NCBI GenBank assembly: GCA_964409085.1
Contig: CAYPCE010000008.1
Coordinates: 1 to 47,561 of the forward strand
Length of the DNA stretch: 47,561 nt
Direction of reading: 5' to 3'
DNA from: an uncultured Desulfobacteraceae bacterium
Lineage (GTDB): Bacteria > Desulfobacterota > Desulfobacteria > Desulfobacterales > JAABSP01
The stretch's first letter is position 1. Each line of letters starts with the position of its first letter. This document shows, piece after piece, positions 1 to 8,731 of this stretch. Below the pieces are notes generated by a model that saw only the letters and a list, made by a program, of their open reading frames with translations, was not told the origin of the DNA and did not search any database. A program made the translations under genes and the position numbers.

Positions 1-411
1 AGCGACGGCATTCCGGACGCGATCCGGGTCGAGACCGCCTGGCCGGACGGCGACATCCCCGCGGAGGTGGACGCCCAGCAAATCCGGATGGCCTTGAAAA
101 ACATCGTCCAAAACGCTATTCAGGCCATGGACGGCGCCGGAACCCTGACCGTGGCGGTCCGGGAGGCGGAACCCGGCCGGGCGGCCATCGTGGTGTCGGA
201 CTCCGGGCCCGGCATTCCGCCTGAAAAAATGGAAAAGATTTTCCAGCCGCTGTTCAGCACCAAGGTCCACGGCATCGGCTTTGGTCTGTCCATCGCGAAA
301 ATGATCATCGAAAAACACGGCGGCGACCTGACCGCCGAAACGGCCCCCGGCGGCGGCGCGGCATTCACCCTCGCCCTGCCGCGGGCCCCGGAGGAGGTGG
401 AAGGCAAATGA
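1..411 (+). CDS. Sensor histidine kinase, C-terminal HATPase_c fragment; 5' end lies outside the window
   Basis: Frame 1 is open from base 1. It carries HATPase_c motifs (NIVQNAIQAM, SDSGPGIP, GIGFGLSIAK). Its stop overlaps the next start as ATGA at 408-411. Confidence 0.8.
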   Translation, partial: SDGIPDAIRVETAWPDGDIPAEVDAQQIRMALKNIVQNAIQAMDGAGTLTVAVREAEPGRAAIVVSDSGPGIPPEKMEKIFQPLFSTKVHGIGFGLSIAKMIIEKHGGDLTAETAPGGGAAFTLALPRAPEEVEGK

Positions 412-2378
412 GCGCTGACCTGAACATTCTGGTGGTGGACGACAACGAGGACCTGGCGGTCAACATCAAGGACATCCTCCACGAAAAAGGGTACAGAGCG
501 ACGGTGGCGCTCAGCGGCGCCGATGCCGTCGAACGGTGCGGCGCGGCATCCTTCGACCTGGTGCTGCTGGATTACAACCTGCCGGACATGGACGGGCTCC
601 AGGTCCAGGAACGGCTGTCGTCCCTCATCCAGGCCGATTACGTCATTATCACCGGCTACGCGTCGGTGGAAAGCGCCGCCTCGTCCGTCTTCCGGAAGGA
701 GATCGTCGGGTATGAAACCAAGCCGTTAAACATGGAGCGCCTGCTGGCCTTTATCCGCCAGATCGACGACCGGCGGCGGGCGGAAAGGGAACTTCAGCGG
801 AGCCGGGAACGGCGCCGGACCCTTTACGAGGCGATCACCGACGCCCTGTTCGTTCATGGTCTGGAGGCGGACGGCGCCATGGGCCATTTCAGGGAGGTCA
901 ACGACATCGCCTGCGACCGGTACGGGTATTCCCGGGAAGAACTGTTGACCCTGTCGCCGCCGGATATCGACGCACCCGAATCGGAGACCGATGTGCCGGC
1001 CATCCTGGAAAAGCTGAACCGCGGCGAGAGCGTGACCTTCGAGCAGCTTCATGTGGCGAAGGACGGCCGTCGAATCCCGGTCGAAATCCACGCCAAGTCC
1101 TTCCATCTGGACGGACAGCCCGCCGTCATCTCCCTGGTCCGGGACATCGCCGACCGGAAAAAGGCCGAGGAAGATCGCCGCCGGATGGAACGCCGCCTCC
1201 AGGACTTGCAGCGCCAGGAGAGCCTGGGCGTCATGGCCGGCGGCATCGCCCACGATTTCAACAACATCCTGATGGTCGTCATCGGCAACCTCGAAATGGC
1301 CCTGGAGGACGACGCCCTGTCCGCCGAAACCCAGGACAATCTGGCGGAGTCGATAAAAGCGTCCCAGCGGGCGGCGAAACTGGTCAAGCAGATGCTGGCC
1401 TATTCCGGCAAGGGCCATTTCGTGGTGACGCCCCTCGATTTGAACGAGACCGTGGAAGAAGGGGTGGACTTCGTCAAAAGCGCCGTTCCGTCGGAAGTGA
1501 CCCTGGAAACCCGGTTGAGCCCGGACGATCCCGTGATCGACGCCGACGCGGGCCAGTTGAACCAGATCCTATCGAATCTGGTCGTCAACGCCTGCGAATC
1601 CCTCCAGGGGCGGAAAGAGGGGCGGGTCGTCATCGCCACCGGCGTCGAAACGTGCAACGCCGAACGGCTGGAAGGGACCGCGCCCGAGGCGTGGCTGGGA
1701 TACGACGGCCCCCTGGAAGGGGTCTGCTGCGGGTATCTGGAAGTGAGGGATAACGGGTGCGGCATGGACGCCGAAACCCGCAAACGGATATTCGAACCCT
1801 TTTTCAGCACCAAGTTTCAGGGCCGGGGCCTGGGGCTGGCCGCCGTCATCGGCATCGTCCGGGGCCATAAAGGATTTGTCCACGTCGATTCAACGCCCGG
1901 GGAAGGGACCGTCGTCCGGGTCCTGTTCCCGTTGCGCGAATCGCCCCCGAAGCCGACCGTACCCGGGCCGCCGGCCGAGACGGAGCGGAGGCCCCAAGGT
2001 TCGGGCCGGGTGCTGGTTGTGGACGACGAGAAACCCGTCCGGGACATGATCGGGACCATGCTGGAAAAGGCGGGATACAGCGTCATCTCCGCAGCCAACG
2101 GCCTGGAGGCGGTCAGCCATTACCACCAGCGCCCCGACGACATCGACCTGATCCTCATGGACCTGAGCATGCCCCTGATGGACGGCGTGGAAGCCTTCAT
2201 GGAACTCCGGCGAACCGGGTGCGACGCACCGGTGATCCTCTCCAGCGGCTACAGCGAATCCCAGATCCGGCGGGAATACGCTGGAAAGGGCTTTGCCGGC
2301 TTCATTCAGAAGCCTTGCCTGAAAAAGACGCTGTTCCAGGCGGTGGGGGCGGCGATGGGGGGAACGGCGCCGGACTGA
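408..2378 (+). CDS. Hybrid sensor histidine kinase/response regulator (REC-PAS-HisKA-HATPase_c-REC)
   Basis: N-terminal receiver (LVVDDNEDL...DLVLLDYNLPDMDG), a PAS region, an H-box (IAHDFNNIL), an ATPase G-boxes, and a C-terminal receiver (VLVVDDEKPVRD...LILMDLSMPLMDG). The start is coupled to the upstream stop as ATGA. Confidence 0.9.
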   Translation: MSADLNILVVDDNEDLAVNIKDILHEKGYRATVALSGADAVERCGAASFDLVLLDYNLPDMDGLQVQERLSSLIQADYVIITGYASVESAASSVFRKEIVGYETKPLNMERLLAFIRQIDDRRRAERELQRSRERRRTLYEAITDALFVHGLEADGAMGHFREVNDIACDRYGYSREELLTLSPPDIDAPESETDVPAILEKLNRGESVTFEQLHVAKDGRRIPVEIHAKSFHLDGQPAVISLVRDIADRKKAEEDRRRMERRLQDLQRQESLGVMAGGIAHDFNNILMVVIGNLEMALEDDALSAETQDNLAESIKASQRAAKLVKQMLAYSGKGHFVVTPLDLNETVEEGVDFVKSAVPSEVTLETRLSPDDPVIDADAGQLNQILSNLVVNACESLQGRKEGRVVIATGVETCNAERLEGTAPEAWLGYDGPLEGVCCGYLEVRDNGCGMDAETRKRIFEPFFSTKFQGRGLGLAAVIGIVRGHKGFVHVDSTPGEGTVVRVLFPLRESPPKPTVPGPPAETERRPQGSGRVLVVDDEKPVRDMIGTMLEKAGYSVISAANGLEAVSHYHQRPDDIDLILMDLSMPLMDGVEAFMELRRTGCDAPVILSSGYSESQIRREYAGKGFAGFIQKPCLKKTLFQAVGAAMGGTAPD

Positions 2379-2535
2379 AACGGCCCGGCGGCCTTGATGA
2401 CCGGCCATCGATTGGGGCTCAACCGGTTTTCCGTGTCCCTGTTTTTTGGAATCGTTACCTCGTCACCCATGGATTTGTCATGCATTTCCCCCGTTGCCAT
2501 GATCCTCCCACCATCGGTCGGCGTCTTCCAGGTCT

Positions 2536-2838
2536 TTAAAAACAAAATTCGAACTGGATTTTCTGGTCGTCTATGGCGCCGAGATATTCCGCCGCCTGGA
2601 TAAACCGCTCGCCGTAGTCCGCATCGTAGATGTGCTTCATCAAATACAGCATCACGCCCAAGGCCATATAATCGCCGAGCAGCAGCCGCTCATCCGGGTA
2701 GTCGCGGAGGTTGTAGAGATCATACGTGAACTGCGGGGTGTAAGGGTCGAATCCTTCTTCCGCGTCGCTGATCCCGGAAAAGGATCTCGGCGCGTTCCAA
2801 GGTCTCTGGCCATGGTATAAAGCCGTAGGCAGAATCAC
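2536..2838 (-). CDS. Hypothetical protein (100 aa) immediately downstream of the Rpn-like gene, inside a low-GC islet
   Basis: Intact ORF with a 17-nt gap to the upstream gene. No recognisable motif. GC content is lower than the surroundings. Confidence 0.35.
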   Translation of the reverse strand: MILPTALYHGQRPWNAPRSFSGISDAEEGFDPYTPQFTYDLYNLRDYPDERLLLGDYMALGVMLYLMKHIYDADYGERFIQAAEYLGAIDDQKIQFEFCF

Positions 2839-2854
2839 GGGGCGGTTAAGGAAT

Positions 2855-3769
2855 TTATTGTTCTTTGAGCTTCTTTTCCAGCTTCTCTATCTCCGCTATA
2901 TTCATCCCGGTAATATGTGCAATCTGTTCTTTGCTTAAAACTTGGGCGCGGAGAAATTGCATCACGGTTTTTTCAACACCGATGTCTATGCCTTTTTCCA
3001 TGCCTTTTTCCATGCCGACTTCTTCGATGGATTGCAGCATTTTCGCCTCCTGAAACATTGGGTTTTCTTGAATGATGTTCCGGTACGTCTTTTCCTCGTC
3101 CGGGTCCAGCGGCAGGCTGTGATCGATCAACGAATACAGCACCGAGCGCTTGGGACCGTTTTCCACGCCGGCGATGCCGTTGACGGCCTTGGCTTTGATC
3201 AGCGGCCGATCTTTTTTCGGATAATCCGTCAGCGGGAGGTAAGCTGCGGCCAGGGGATTCTCGGCGGCTTTTTTCTCGAATTCTTCCGCCGGGATGTGTT
3301 TCAACTTGATCTGCCGGTAGGTGAATTCGTTGACCGGATAGCCGAACAGTTCGATCCGGTGGGTGTCTTTTACGGGTTTCCGCCATTTCGCCGGGTCGGT
3401 GAACATGGCGATGGGGAAAATCGGTTTTCGGAATTTGAAGAAGATCCCGCAGAAGCAATGGAACATCCGGTTTTGGAATTTTTTGGGTTTTTCGCCCTGG
3501 TGCTCCCAGTGGATGAGAATCTGTTCTTCTTCCATGGCCGCGAGGACGTCGATGAGGATCAGGGCGTCGGTGATGCGCTGTCGGTCCTTCTTCGACTGTT
3601 TTCCTGCGGCTTCCTCGAACAGGGCGTTGAGTTCCTTGTCCAGAAAGCGGGCGGTCTCGAAGTCGATTTTATCCACCAGATGGGGGAAAAACAACTGGAA
3701 ATATTCCCGCAGGAAGAGCATCAGGGTTTCTTTGTGGCGGATGTCGAAGCGGTTGCCGGTCTGTATCAT
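2855..3769 (-). CDS. Rpn-family recombination-promoting nuclease / PD-(D/E)XK putative transposase (YhgA-like) with a DUF4351-like C-terminus
   Basis: 304 aa. The core motif ILIHWEHQGEK...FQNRMFHCFCGIF resembles the Rpn 'LIEHQS...MxxRxxxY' PD-(D/E)XK core. The C-terminus is EKG-repeat rich (MEKGMEKGIDIG), as in DUF4351. Local GC is clearly lower than the flanks. Confidence 0.6.
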   Translation of the reverse strand: MIQTGNRFDIRHKETLMLFLREYFQLFFPHLVDKIDFETARFLDKELNALFEEAAGKQSKKDRQRITDALILIDVLAAMEEEQILIHWEHQGEKPKKFQNRMFHCFCGIFFKFRKPIFPIAMFTDPAKWRKPVKDTHRIELFGYPVNEFTYRQIKLKHIPAEEFEKKAAENPLAAAYLPLTDYPKKDRPLIKAKAVNGIAGVENGPKRSVLYSLIDHSLPLDPDEEKTYRNIIQENPMFQEAKMLQSIEEVGMEKGMEKGIDIGVEKTVMQFLRAQVLSKEQIAHITGMNIAEIEKLEKKLKEQ

Positions 3770-3883
3770 GATGGTGCGGCGCCTCCTTTGTTCTCATTGT
3801 AAAATCGGGAGAGTATCGTGTCAACAACTTGTTGTGGCCGGTGGCGGTTACGAGAGTATGTCACCCTTCAGCCTGCAATCCGA

Positions 3884-3912
3884 TTGACAATTGGCATTGG
3901 ATAACCTACAAA
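3884..3912 (+). promoter_or_regulatory. Candidate sigma70 promoter (TTGACA-17-TACAAA) for the O-methyltransferase gene
   Basis: TTGACA at 3884-3889, a 17-nt spacer, then TACAAA at 3907-3912. The -10 element overlaps the ORF-track ATG at 3914, which argues for the downstream TTG start at 3974. Confidence 0.35.
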
Positions 3913-3973
3913 TTTGCCTTACGTTAAACTGTATAAACGGTGGACTTCCCATGCCGAACGGAAGGAGAAAGCA

Positions 3974-4972
3974 TTGACGGAACAAAAATGGCATCCCGGC
4001 ACGCTCCTGGAAACCTCCGGATATTACTGGCGCACCTGCACGCTCCATGCGGGGGTCAAGCTGGACGTGTTTACGAAGATCGGAAACGAGACGCTGACGG
4101 CGGAAGAAGCGGCTGAAAAGATCGGCGGAGAGGTCCGGGCCACGGCCATGCTGTTAGACGCCCTGGCGGCCATGGAATTGTTGAAAAAGGAGGGCGGCCG
4201 GTACGCCAGCACCGAGGCGTCCGCCGCCTATCTCTCAAAGGATTCGCCCAAATATATCGGCTACATGATCCAGCATCACCACCACCTCCTTCCCTCCTGG
4301 GGACAGCTTCACGAAGCGGTCAAAACCGGCAGGCCGGTGCGGGGGCGGGCCTCCTTCAGCGACCCGGAGGTCCGGGAGAGCTTTCTCATGGGCATGTTCA
4401 ACAACGCCATGCTCCAGGCGCCCATGGTGGCGGATGTGGTGGAGCTGCCGGATCGCGGTCACCTCCTCGATATGGGCGGCGGGCCCGGCACCTACGCCAT
4501 CCATTTTTGCCTTAAATACAAGAGTCTTACGGCCACCGTCTACGATCTGCCCACCACCCGGCCCTTTGCCGAGAAAACCATTGCGCAGTTCGACCTGTCG
4601 GACCGGATCACGTTTAAAGAAGGGGATTTCACCGAAGACGCGGACCTGGGCGGCCCATACGACGCGGCGTGGCTCTCCCATATCCTCCACGGAGAGGACC
4701 CGGAAGAGTGCCGCAGAATCGTCAAAAAGGCGGCGGCCGCCCTCACCCCCGGCGGGCGGTTGCTGATCCATGAGTTCATCCTGGACAATACACGGGACAC
4801 CCCCCTCTTCCCGGCCCTCTTCTCCCTCAACATGCTCCTGGGCACCGACGGGGGGCAGGCCTATTCCGAGGCGGAACTCACCGACATGATGGCCGGGGCC
4901 GGGCTCCGGGACATCAGGCGCCTCCCCTTCAGGGGACCCACGGATTCCGCCATCCTCGAAGGGCGCCGGTAG
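3974..4972 (+). CDS. Class I SAM-dependent O-methyltransferase (Methyltransf_2 family with dimerisation domain)
   Basis: Motif I (LLDMGGGPGTYAI), an acidic post-I residue (VYDLP) and a HEFILDN region. TTG at 3974 sits 6 nt after an AAGGAGAAAG Shine-Dalgarno (SD) sequence. The ORF track extends in frame to ATG 3914, but the promoter geometry favours 3974. Confidence 0.75.
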   Translation: MTEQKWHPGTLLETSGYYWRTCTLHAGVKLDVFTKIGNETLTAEEAAEKIGGEVRATAMLLDALAAMELLKKEGGRYASTEASAAYLSKDSPKYIGYMIQHHHHLLPSWGQLHEAVKTGRPVRGRASFSDPEVRESFLMGMFNNAMLQAPMVADVVELPDRGHLLDMGGGPGTYAIHFCLKYKSLTATVYDLPTTRPFAEKTIAQFDLSDRITFKEGDFTEDADLGGPYDAAWLSHILHGEDPEECRRIVKKAAAALTPGGRLLIHEFILDNTRDTPLFPALFSLNMLLGTDGGQAYSEAELTDMMAGAGLRDIRRLPFRGPTDSAILEGRR

Positions 4973-4991
4973 GAACCCCGGACGTCGGGGC

Positions 4992-5900
4992 CTATTGGGT
5001 GATCGGCTCGTTCTTTTTCAAGGTCTCGACGATATCGGCAATGGCCGGTTCCGCCCCTTCCCGCTTGAGGGTGCAGGAGCCGGCCCCGGCATGGCCGCCG
5101 CCGCCGTACCGGGAAAGGAGCACACCCACATTGACGTTGCAGTTCCGGTTGAAAATGCTGTGGCCCACGTTGACGATGATCTTGTTGGCGGCTTCGCCGG
5201 CGTACCGGATCCGGACGTGGACCACGGCGTCGGGGAAGAGGGAATAAACCAGGAACCGGTTTCCGGTGGGGGCCTCGTCGAAGGACCGGAAATCGGTGAC
5301 CGCCACCACGCCCTCCATCCGGGTGTAATCCTCTAAATACCCCGTGTAGGCCTGGTTCCGCCGGACCACCGCCTCGCACCGCTCCCGGACCTCGGGGTCG
5401 GCCATGACCCCGTCGATCTCTTCCGTGCGCAGGAGGTCGATGAGCCGCTTCCAATAGGGTTCATCCTGGGAAGAATGGCTGGAGATCGTCATGGAGAGGA
5501 GAATGTAGGGATGGGACTCCGGATGGCGCACCTCCTCCTGGGTGAGATCGGCGGCGTCGATCTTGTCGGCCTGCCGGACCAGCTCGGTGTAGTCCCGGTT
5601 GAATACCGATCCGCCGTTGCCTCCGTAATAGTCGAAGATCACGCCGGCGGCCGAGGGCGCCATCTTGAAAGCCCCCTTGAAATCGTTGATCCGCTGGTTG
5701 GTGTAATGGTGATCGAACCAGAGGGCGCAGTCGGGGTGATAGGGAAGGTTGGCCACGATATCCCCTTTTTTAATGGCCACCGCTCCCTTCTGCATGTCGT
5801 TGGGTTCCACCCATTTCACCGGTTCAACGACCTCCTCCGCATCATAGAGCAGGACGGCGCAGACCACGCCGTCGAAATCAGCTCGTGTAACGATTCTCAT
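4992..5900 (-). CDS. DHH/DHHA1-family phosphoesterase (exopolyphosphatase-related / NrnA-like)
   Basis: Motif I (ADFDGVVCAVLL), a DHH motif (WFDHHYT) and a DHHA1 GGGH motif (RYGGGGHAGAG). Confidence 0.75.
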   Translation of the reverse strand: MRIVTRADFDGVVCAVLLYDAEEVVEPVKWVEPNDMQKGAVAIKKGDIVANLPYHPDCALWFDHHYTNQRINDFKGAFKMAPSAAGVIFDYYGGNGGSVFNRDYTELVRQADKIDAADLTQEEVRHPESHPYILLSMTISSHSSQDEPYWKRLIDLLRTEEIDGVMADPEVRERCEAVVRRNQAYTGYLEDYTRMEGVVAVTDFRSFDEAPTGNRFLVYSLFPDAVVHVRIRYAGEAANKIIVNVGHSIFNRNCNVNVGVLLSRYGGGGHAGAGSCTLKREGAEPAIADIVETLKKNEPITQ

Positions 5901-5922
5901 GGACTCTCCTCCGGAAAAAAAT

Positions 5923-5952
5923 TTGCGTGTGGCAACTGAATACCGTTATAAT
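5923..5952 (+). promoter_or_regulatory. Candidate sigma70 promoter (TTGCGT-17-TATAAT) upstream of the sixA-like gene
   Basis: TTGCGT at 5923-5928, a 17-nt spacer, then a perfect TATAAT at 5947-5952. An AAGGAGG SD lies 7 nt before ATG 6030. The promoter sits in a divergent intergenic region. Confidence 0.45.
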
Positions 5953-6029
5953 ATTTGGCAAAAAGGGCCTACTATAGCGGTTACGAAATCAAATTACAAG
6001 CAACCAAATGACCCGCAAGGAGGCATTGC

Positions 6030-6491
6030 ATGGCACTGTACCTCGTCCAGCACGGCAAAAATCTTTCCAAGGATGTGGATCCGGACAAAGGGCTGTCCGA
6101 CGACGGCGCCGCCGATGTCCGCCGGATCGCCGACGTGGCCAAAGGCTACAACGTAAAGGTGAACGCCATCGCCCACAGCGGCAAAAAACGGGCGCGTCAG
6201 ACCGCGGACATCTTCGCCGACGCCCTCTCCCCCGCCCGGGGCGTGGGTGAGCGGGAGGGACTGGGCCCCCTGGACGACGTGGCCGCCGCCGCCACCCATC
6301 TGAATTCCGAAGAAAACCTGATGTTGGTGGGGCACCTCCCCTTCATGGAGAAGATGACCGGCTACCTGACCGCCGGTGACGCGGAAAAGCGGGTCTTCAA
6401 GTTCCAGAACGGCGGCATCGTCTGCCTCGACACCGACCCGGACGGCGACGGCTGGGTCATCGCATGGGCCCTCATGCCCCGCATCGGATGA
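6030..6491 (+). CDS. sixA: Phosphohistidine phosphatase SixA-like (histidine phosphatase superfamily)
   Basis: 153 aa. N-terminal LYLVQHG (a variant of the RHG motif) and AHSGKKRARQTA, which matches SixA 'SPxxRAxQT'. The size is typical of SixA. Confidence 0.7.
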   Translation: MALYLVQHGKNLSKDVDPDKGLSDDGAADVRRIADVAKGYNVKVNAIAHSGKKRARQTADIFADALSPARGVGEREGLGPLDDVAAAATHLNSEENLMLVGHLPFMEKMTGYLTAGDAEKRVFKFQNGGIVCLDTDPDGDGWVIAWALMPRIG

Positions 6492-6673
6492 CCCGGTGGC
6501 CGCAGGCCGCAACCGTCCTTGGGCTCGCGACAACGGACTCCGTTATCGCGTCAAACGGATCAGCCGCGGAAAATTCTGCGCTCCCCAGTTGAGAGACCCG
6601 CCGGTTTGTGATACACATCACTTATTTTGACCGATGGTTTTTTGGAGCAATGTTCTGGTAAAAGGACGAGACG

Positions 6674-7810
6674 ATGCAAAAACTGATCAGGAAGCTGAGT
6701 GCCGCCATCCTCCTGTGCCTGCTTATCCCGGTTCCGGCGGGAGCGCAACCCCCGCCCACGGCCGGTACGCCGCCGGACATCCAGCTCATGCTGACCGCCA
6801 CCCGGATGGAAGGCCCCCTGGATTTTTGCGGTGAACCGGTCCCGTTGACCGACCCCGACATCAAAGAACGGTTTGAAAAAGAGATCCTCCTGCTCCTGGA
6901 CAAACCGGCGCAGGTCATCCTGTGGCTCAAACGGATGGGCCGCTATATGCCCTACATTGAGACCGCCCTCCGGCAAAACCGGGCGCCCGACGATCTCAAA
7001 TACACGGCCATCATCGAAAGCTCCCTGCTGCCCCATATCGGCTCCCACGCCGGGGCCGTCGGGTATTGGCAGTTTATCCGCTCCACCGGCATCAAATACG
7101 GCCTGACCATCGGACGGGATTTCGACGACCGCCGCAACCTGGTCGATTCCACCCTCGCCGCCATCCATTACTACAAGGACCTCTACGCCGAATTCGGGTC
7201 GTGGACCCTGGCGGTCGCCGCCTACAACATGGGAGAAGCCGGTCTCCGGCGACGCATCCGGGAACAGGGGGTCCGGGACTTCTACAAGCTCTATCTCCCC
7301 CTGGAAACCCAGCGCCATCTCCTCAAGATCGCCGCCGTCAAACGGATCCTGGAAAATCCCGAAACATTCGGTTACCACCTCAATCCCGAAGATTATTACA
7401 CCCCCATCCCCTCTGATCAGGTTCAGATCACCTGCCCGGACGAGACCCCCATCCGCCTCATCGCCGAGGCGGCCGGTACGTATTTCAAGAAGATCAAAGA
7501 TTTGAACCCCGAAATCCGGGGAAACAACATGCCCCGGGGGACCCATTCCCTGCAGGTGCCCCGGAGCGGGAGCGCTGGCTTCGGCAGCCGCTATGCCCAA
7601 CTGCTGGCGCAGTGGGAAGCGAATCAGCCCGGGCGGAAAACCCGGCAGGCCGCCACCCAGAAAAAATTGACCTATACGGTCCGGAGCGGCGACAGTCTGG
7701 GCCGGATCGCCGTCCAGTTCGGCGTCTCCGTCGCCGACCTCGCCCGCTGGAATGGTCTCGATCATCGGAAACCCATCTATCCGGGGCAGCGGCTGGTCAT
7801 TTTCCGGTAG
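6674..7810 (+). CDS. Membrane-bound lytic murein transglycosylase (MltD-like) with a C-terminal LysM domain
   Basis: Signal peptide, an SLT catalytic motif (AIIESSLLPHIGSHAGAVGYWQF) and a C-terminal LysM (YTVRSGDSLGRIAVQFGVSVADLARWNGL). Confidence 0.85.
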   Translation: MQKLIRKLSAAILLCLLIPVPAGAQPPPTAGTPPDIQLMLTATRMEGPLDFCGEPVPLTDPDIKERFEKEILLLLDKPAQVILWLKRMGRYMPYIETALRQNRAPDDLKYTAIIESSLLPHIGSHAGAVGYWQFIRSTGIKYGLTIGRDFDDRRNLVDSTLAAIHYYKDLYAEFGSWTLAVAAYNMGEAGLRRRIREQGVRDFYKLYLPLETQRHLLKIAAVKRILENPETFGYHLNPEDYYTPIPSDQVQITCPDETPIRLIAEAAGTYFKKIKDLNPEIRGNNMPRGTHSLQVPRSGSAGFGSRYAQLLAQWEANQPGRKTRQAATQKKLTYTVRSGDSLGRIAVQFGVSVADLARWNGLDHRKPIYPGQRLVIFR

Positions 7811-7905
7811 GCGTCCCATGCAAAGAACGACAGAGAGGCCCGGCAACATCTCCGGGCCTTTTTGCGTTATTCACCCATACCCCCTATCGAGGACACGATA
7901 CCGCC

Positions 7906-8670
7906 ATGGACTTCCAATGCATCATCTATGAAAAATCGGAGGGGATCGCCGTCATCAAGCTCAACCGACCCCAAGTGCTCAATGCCATGAACAAGCCGCT
8001 CTGGATCGATTTCCAGGCCGCCCTGGCCGACGCCCGGGCCGATGAGACGGTCAAAGCGCTGATCATCACCGGCGAGGGCCGGGCTTTTTCCACCGGCGCC
8101 GACCTGAAAGAATCCCGGACCCGGTCCGCAGAGGACTACCGGGACTACCTGGAAGCGCTCCAGGAGGCCTCCAAAAAGATCATCCGGTTCGACAAACCCA
8201 CCATCGCCGCCATCAACGGGTACGCCTTGGGCTCGGGCTATGAATTGGCCCTGGCCTGCGACATTCGCATTGCGGCGGAAGATGCCCAGATCGGCTCCCC
8301 CGAGGCCCGGGTCACCTCATCGGTCACCGGCGGCGCCATGCGGCTGATCCAGGACCTCGTGGGACCGGGCAAGGCCAAGGAACTCCTTTTCACCGCCGAG
8401 AACATCGACGGCAGGGAAGCCGAACGCATCGGTCTCGTGAACAAGGCCGTGCCGCCCGAGGCCCTCATGGCGACGGCCCGGGACATGGCCGCCAAAATCG
8501 CCGCCAACGCCGCGTTTTCCATCAAGATGATCAAAAAAGGCCTCCACATGGCCCACGAGGTGAGCCTCGACGCCCTCATGGACTTTGAAGTGGAAGCCTG
8601 CCTGGCCTGCGTTTCCACCAAAGAACGCCAGGCCTCCCTCCAGACCTTCGAAGACCGAAAGAAACAATAA
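7906..8670 (+). CDS. Enoyl-CoA hydratase/isomerase (crotonase family)
   Basis: Crotonase signature (ITGEGRAFSTGADL; IAAINGYALGSGYELALACDIR). An internal start at ATG 7906 is chosen; the 5' extension from 7612 is Arg/Pro-rich with no homology signal. Confidence 0.85.
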   Translation: MDFQCIIYEKSEGIAVIKLNRPQVLNAMNKPLWIDFQAALADARADETVKALIITGEGRAFSTGADLKESRTRSAEDYRDYLEALQEASKKIIRFDKPTIAAINGYALGSGYELALACDIRIAAEDAQIGSPEARVTSSVTGGAMRLIQDLVGPGKAKELLFTAENIDGREAERIGLVNKAVPPEALMATARDMAAKIAANAAFSIKMIKKGLHMAHEVSLDALMDFEVEACLACVSTKERQASLQTFEDRKKQ

Positions 8671-8675
8671 ACCTT

Positions 8676-8707
8676 TGTCCCTCTGTCCCTCTGTCCCTCT
8701 GTCCCTC
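8676..8707. repeat. Perfect tandem repeat (TGTCCCTC)x4
   Basis: Four exact head-to-tail 8-bp units in the 61-bp spacer between the enoyl-CoA hydratase stop and the acetyl-CoA synthetase start. Confidence 0.9.
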
Positions 8708-8731
8708 ACTTAACACAGGAGACCCAACCCC

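Noticed and set aside
726-1418. Antisense ORFs inside the first hybrid kinase gene (230-aa and 112-aa minus-strand ORFs)
   Set aside because: Typical high-GC antisense open frames. They lie fully inside a gene with strong domain signal and have no motifs of their own.
6560-7849. 429-aa minus-strand ORF antisense to the lytic transglycosylase gene
   Set aside because: Gly/Pro/Arg-rich low-complexity translation opposite a gene with clear SLT and LysM motifs.
7612-7905. 5' extension of the enoyl-CoA hydratase ORF to 7612 (and similar extensions at 10753, 16982, 33113 and 37892)
   Set aside because: The extensions are Arg/Pro-rich with no homology character and overlap upstream genes. Internal ATGs coincide with the onset of domain homology or ATGA coupling.
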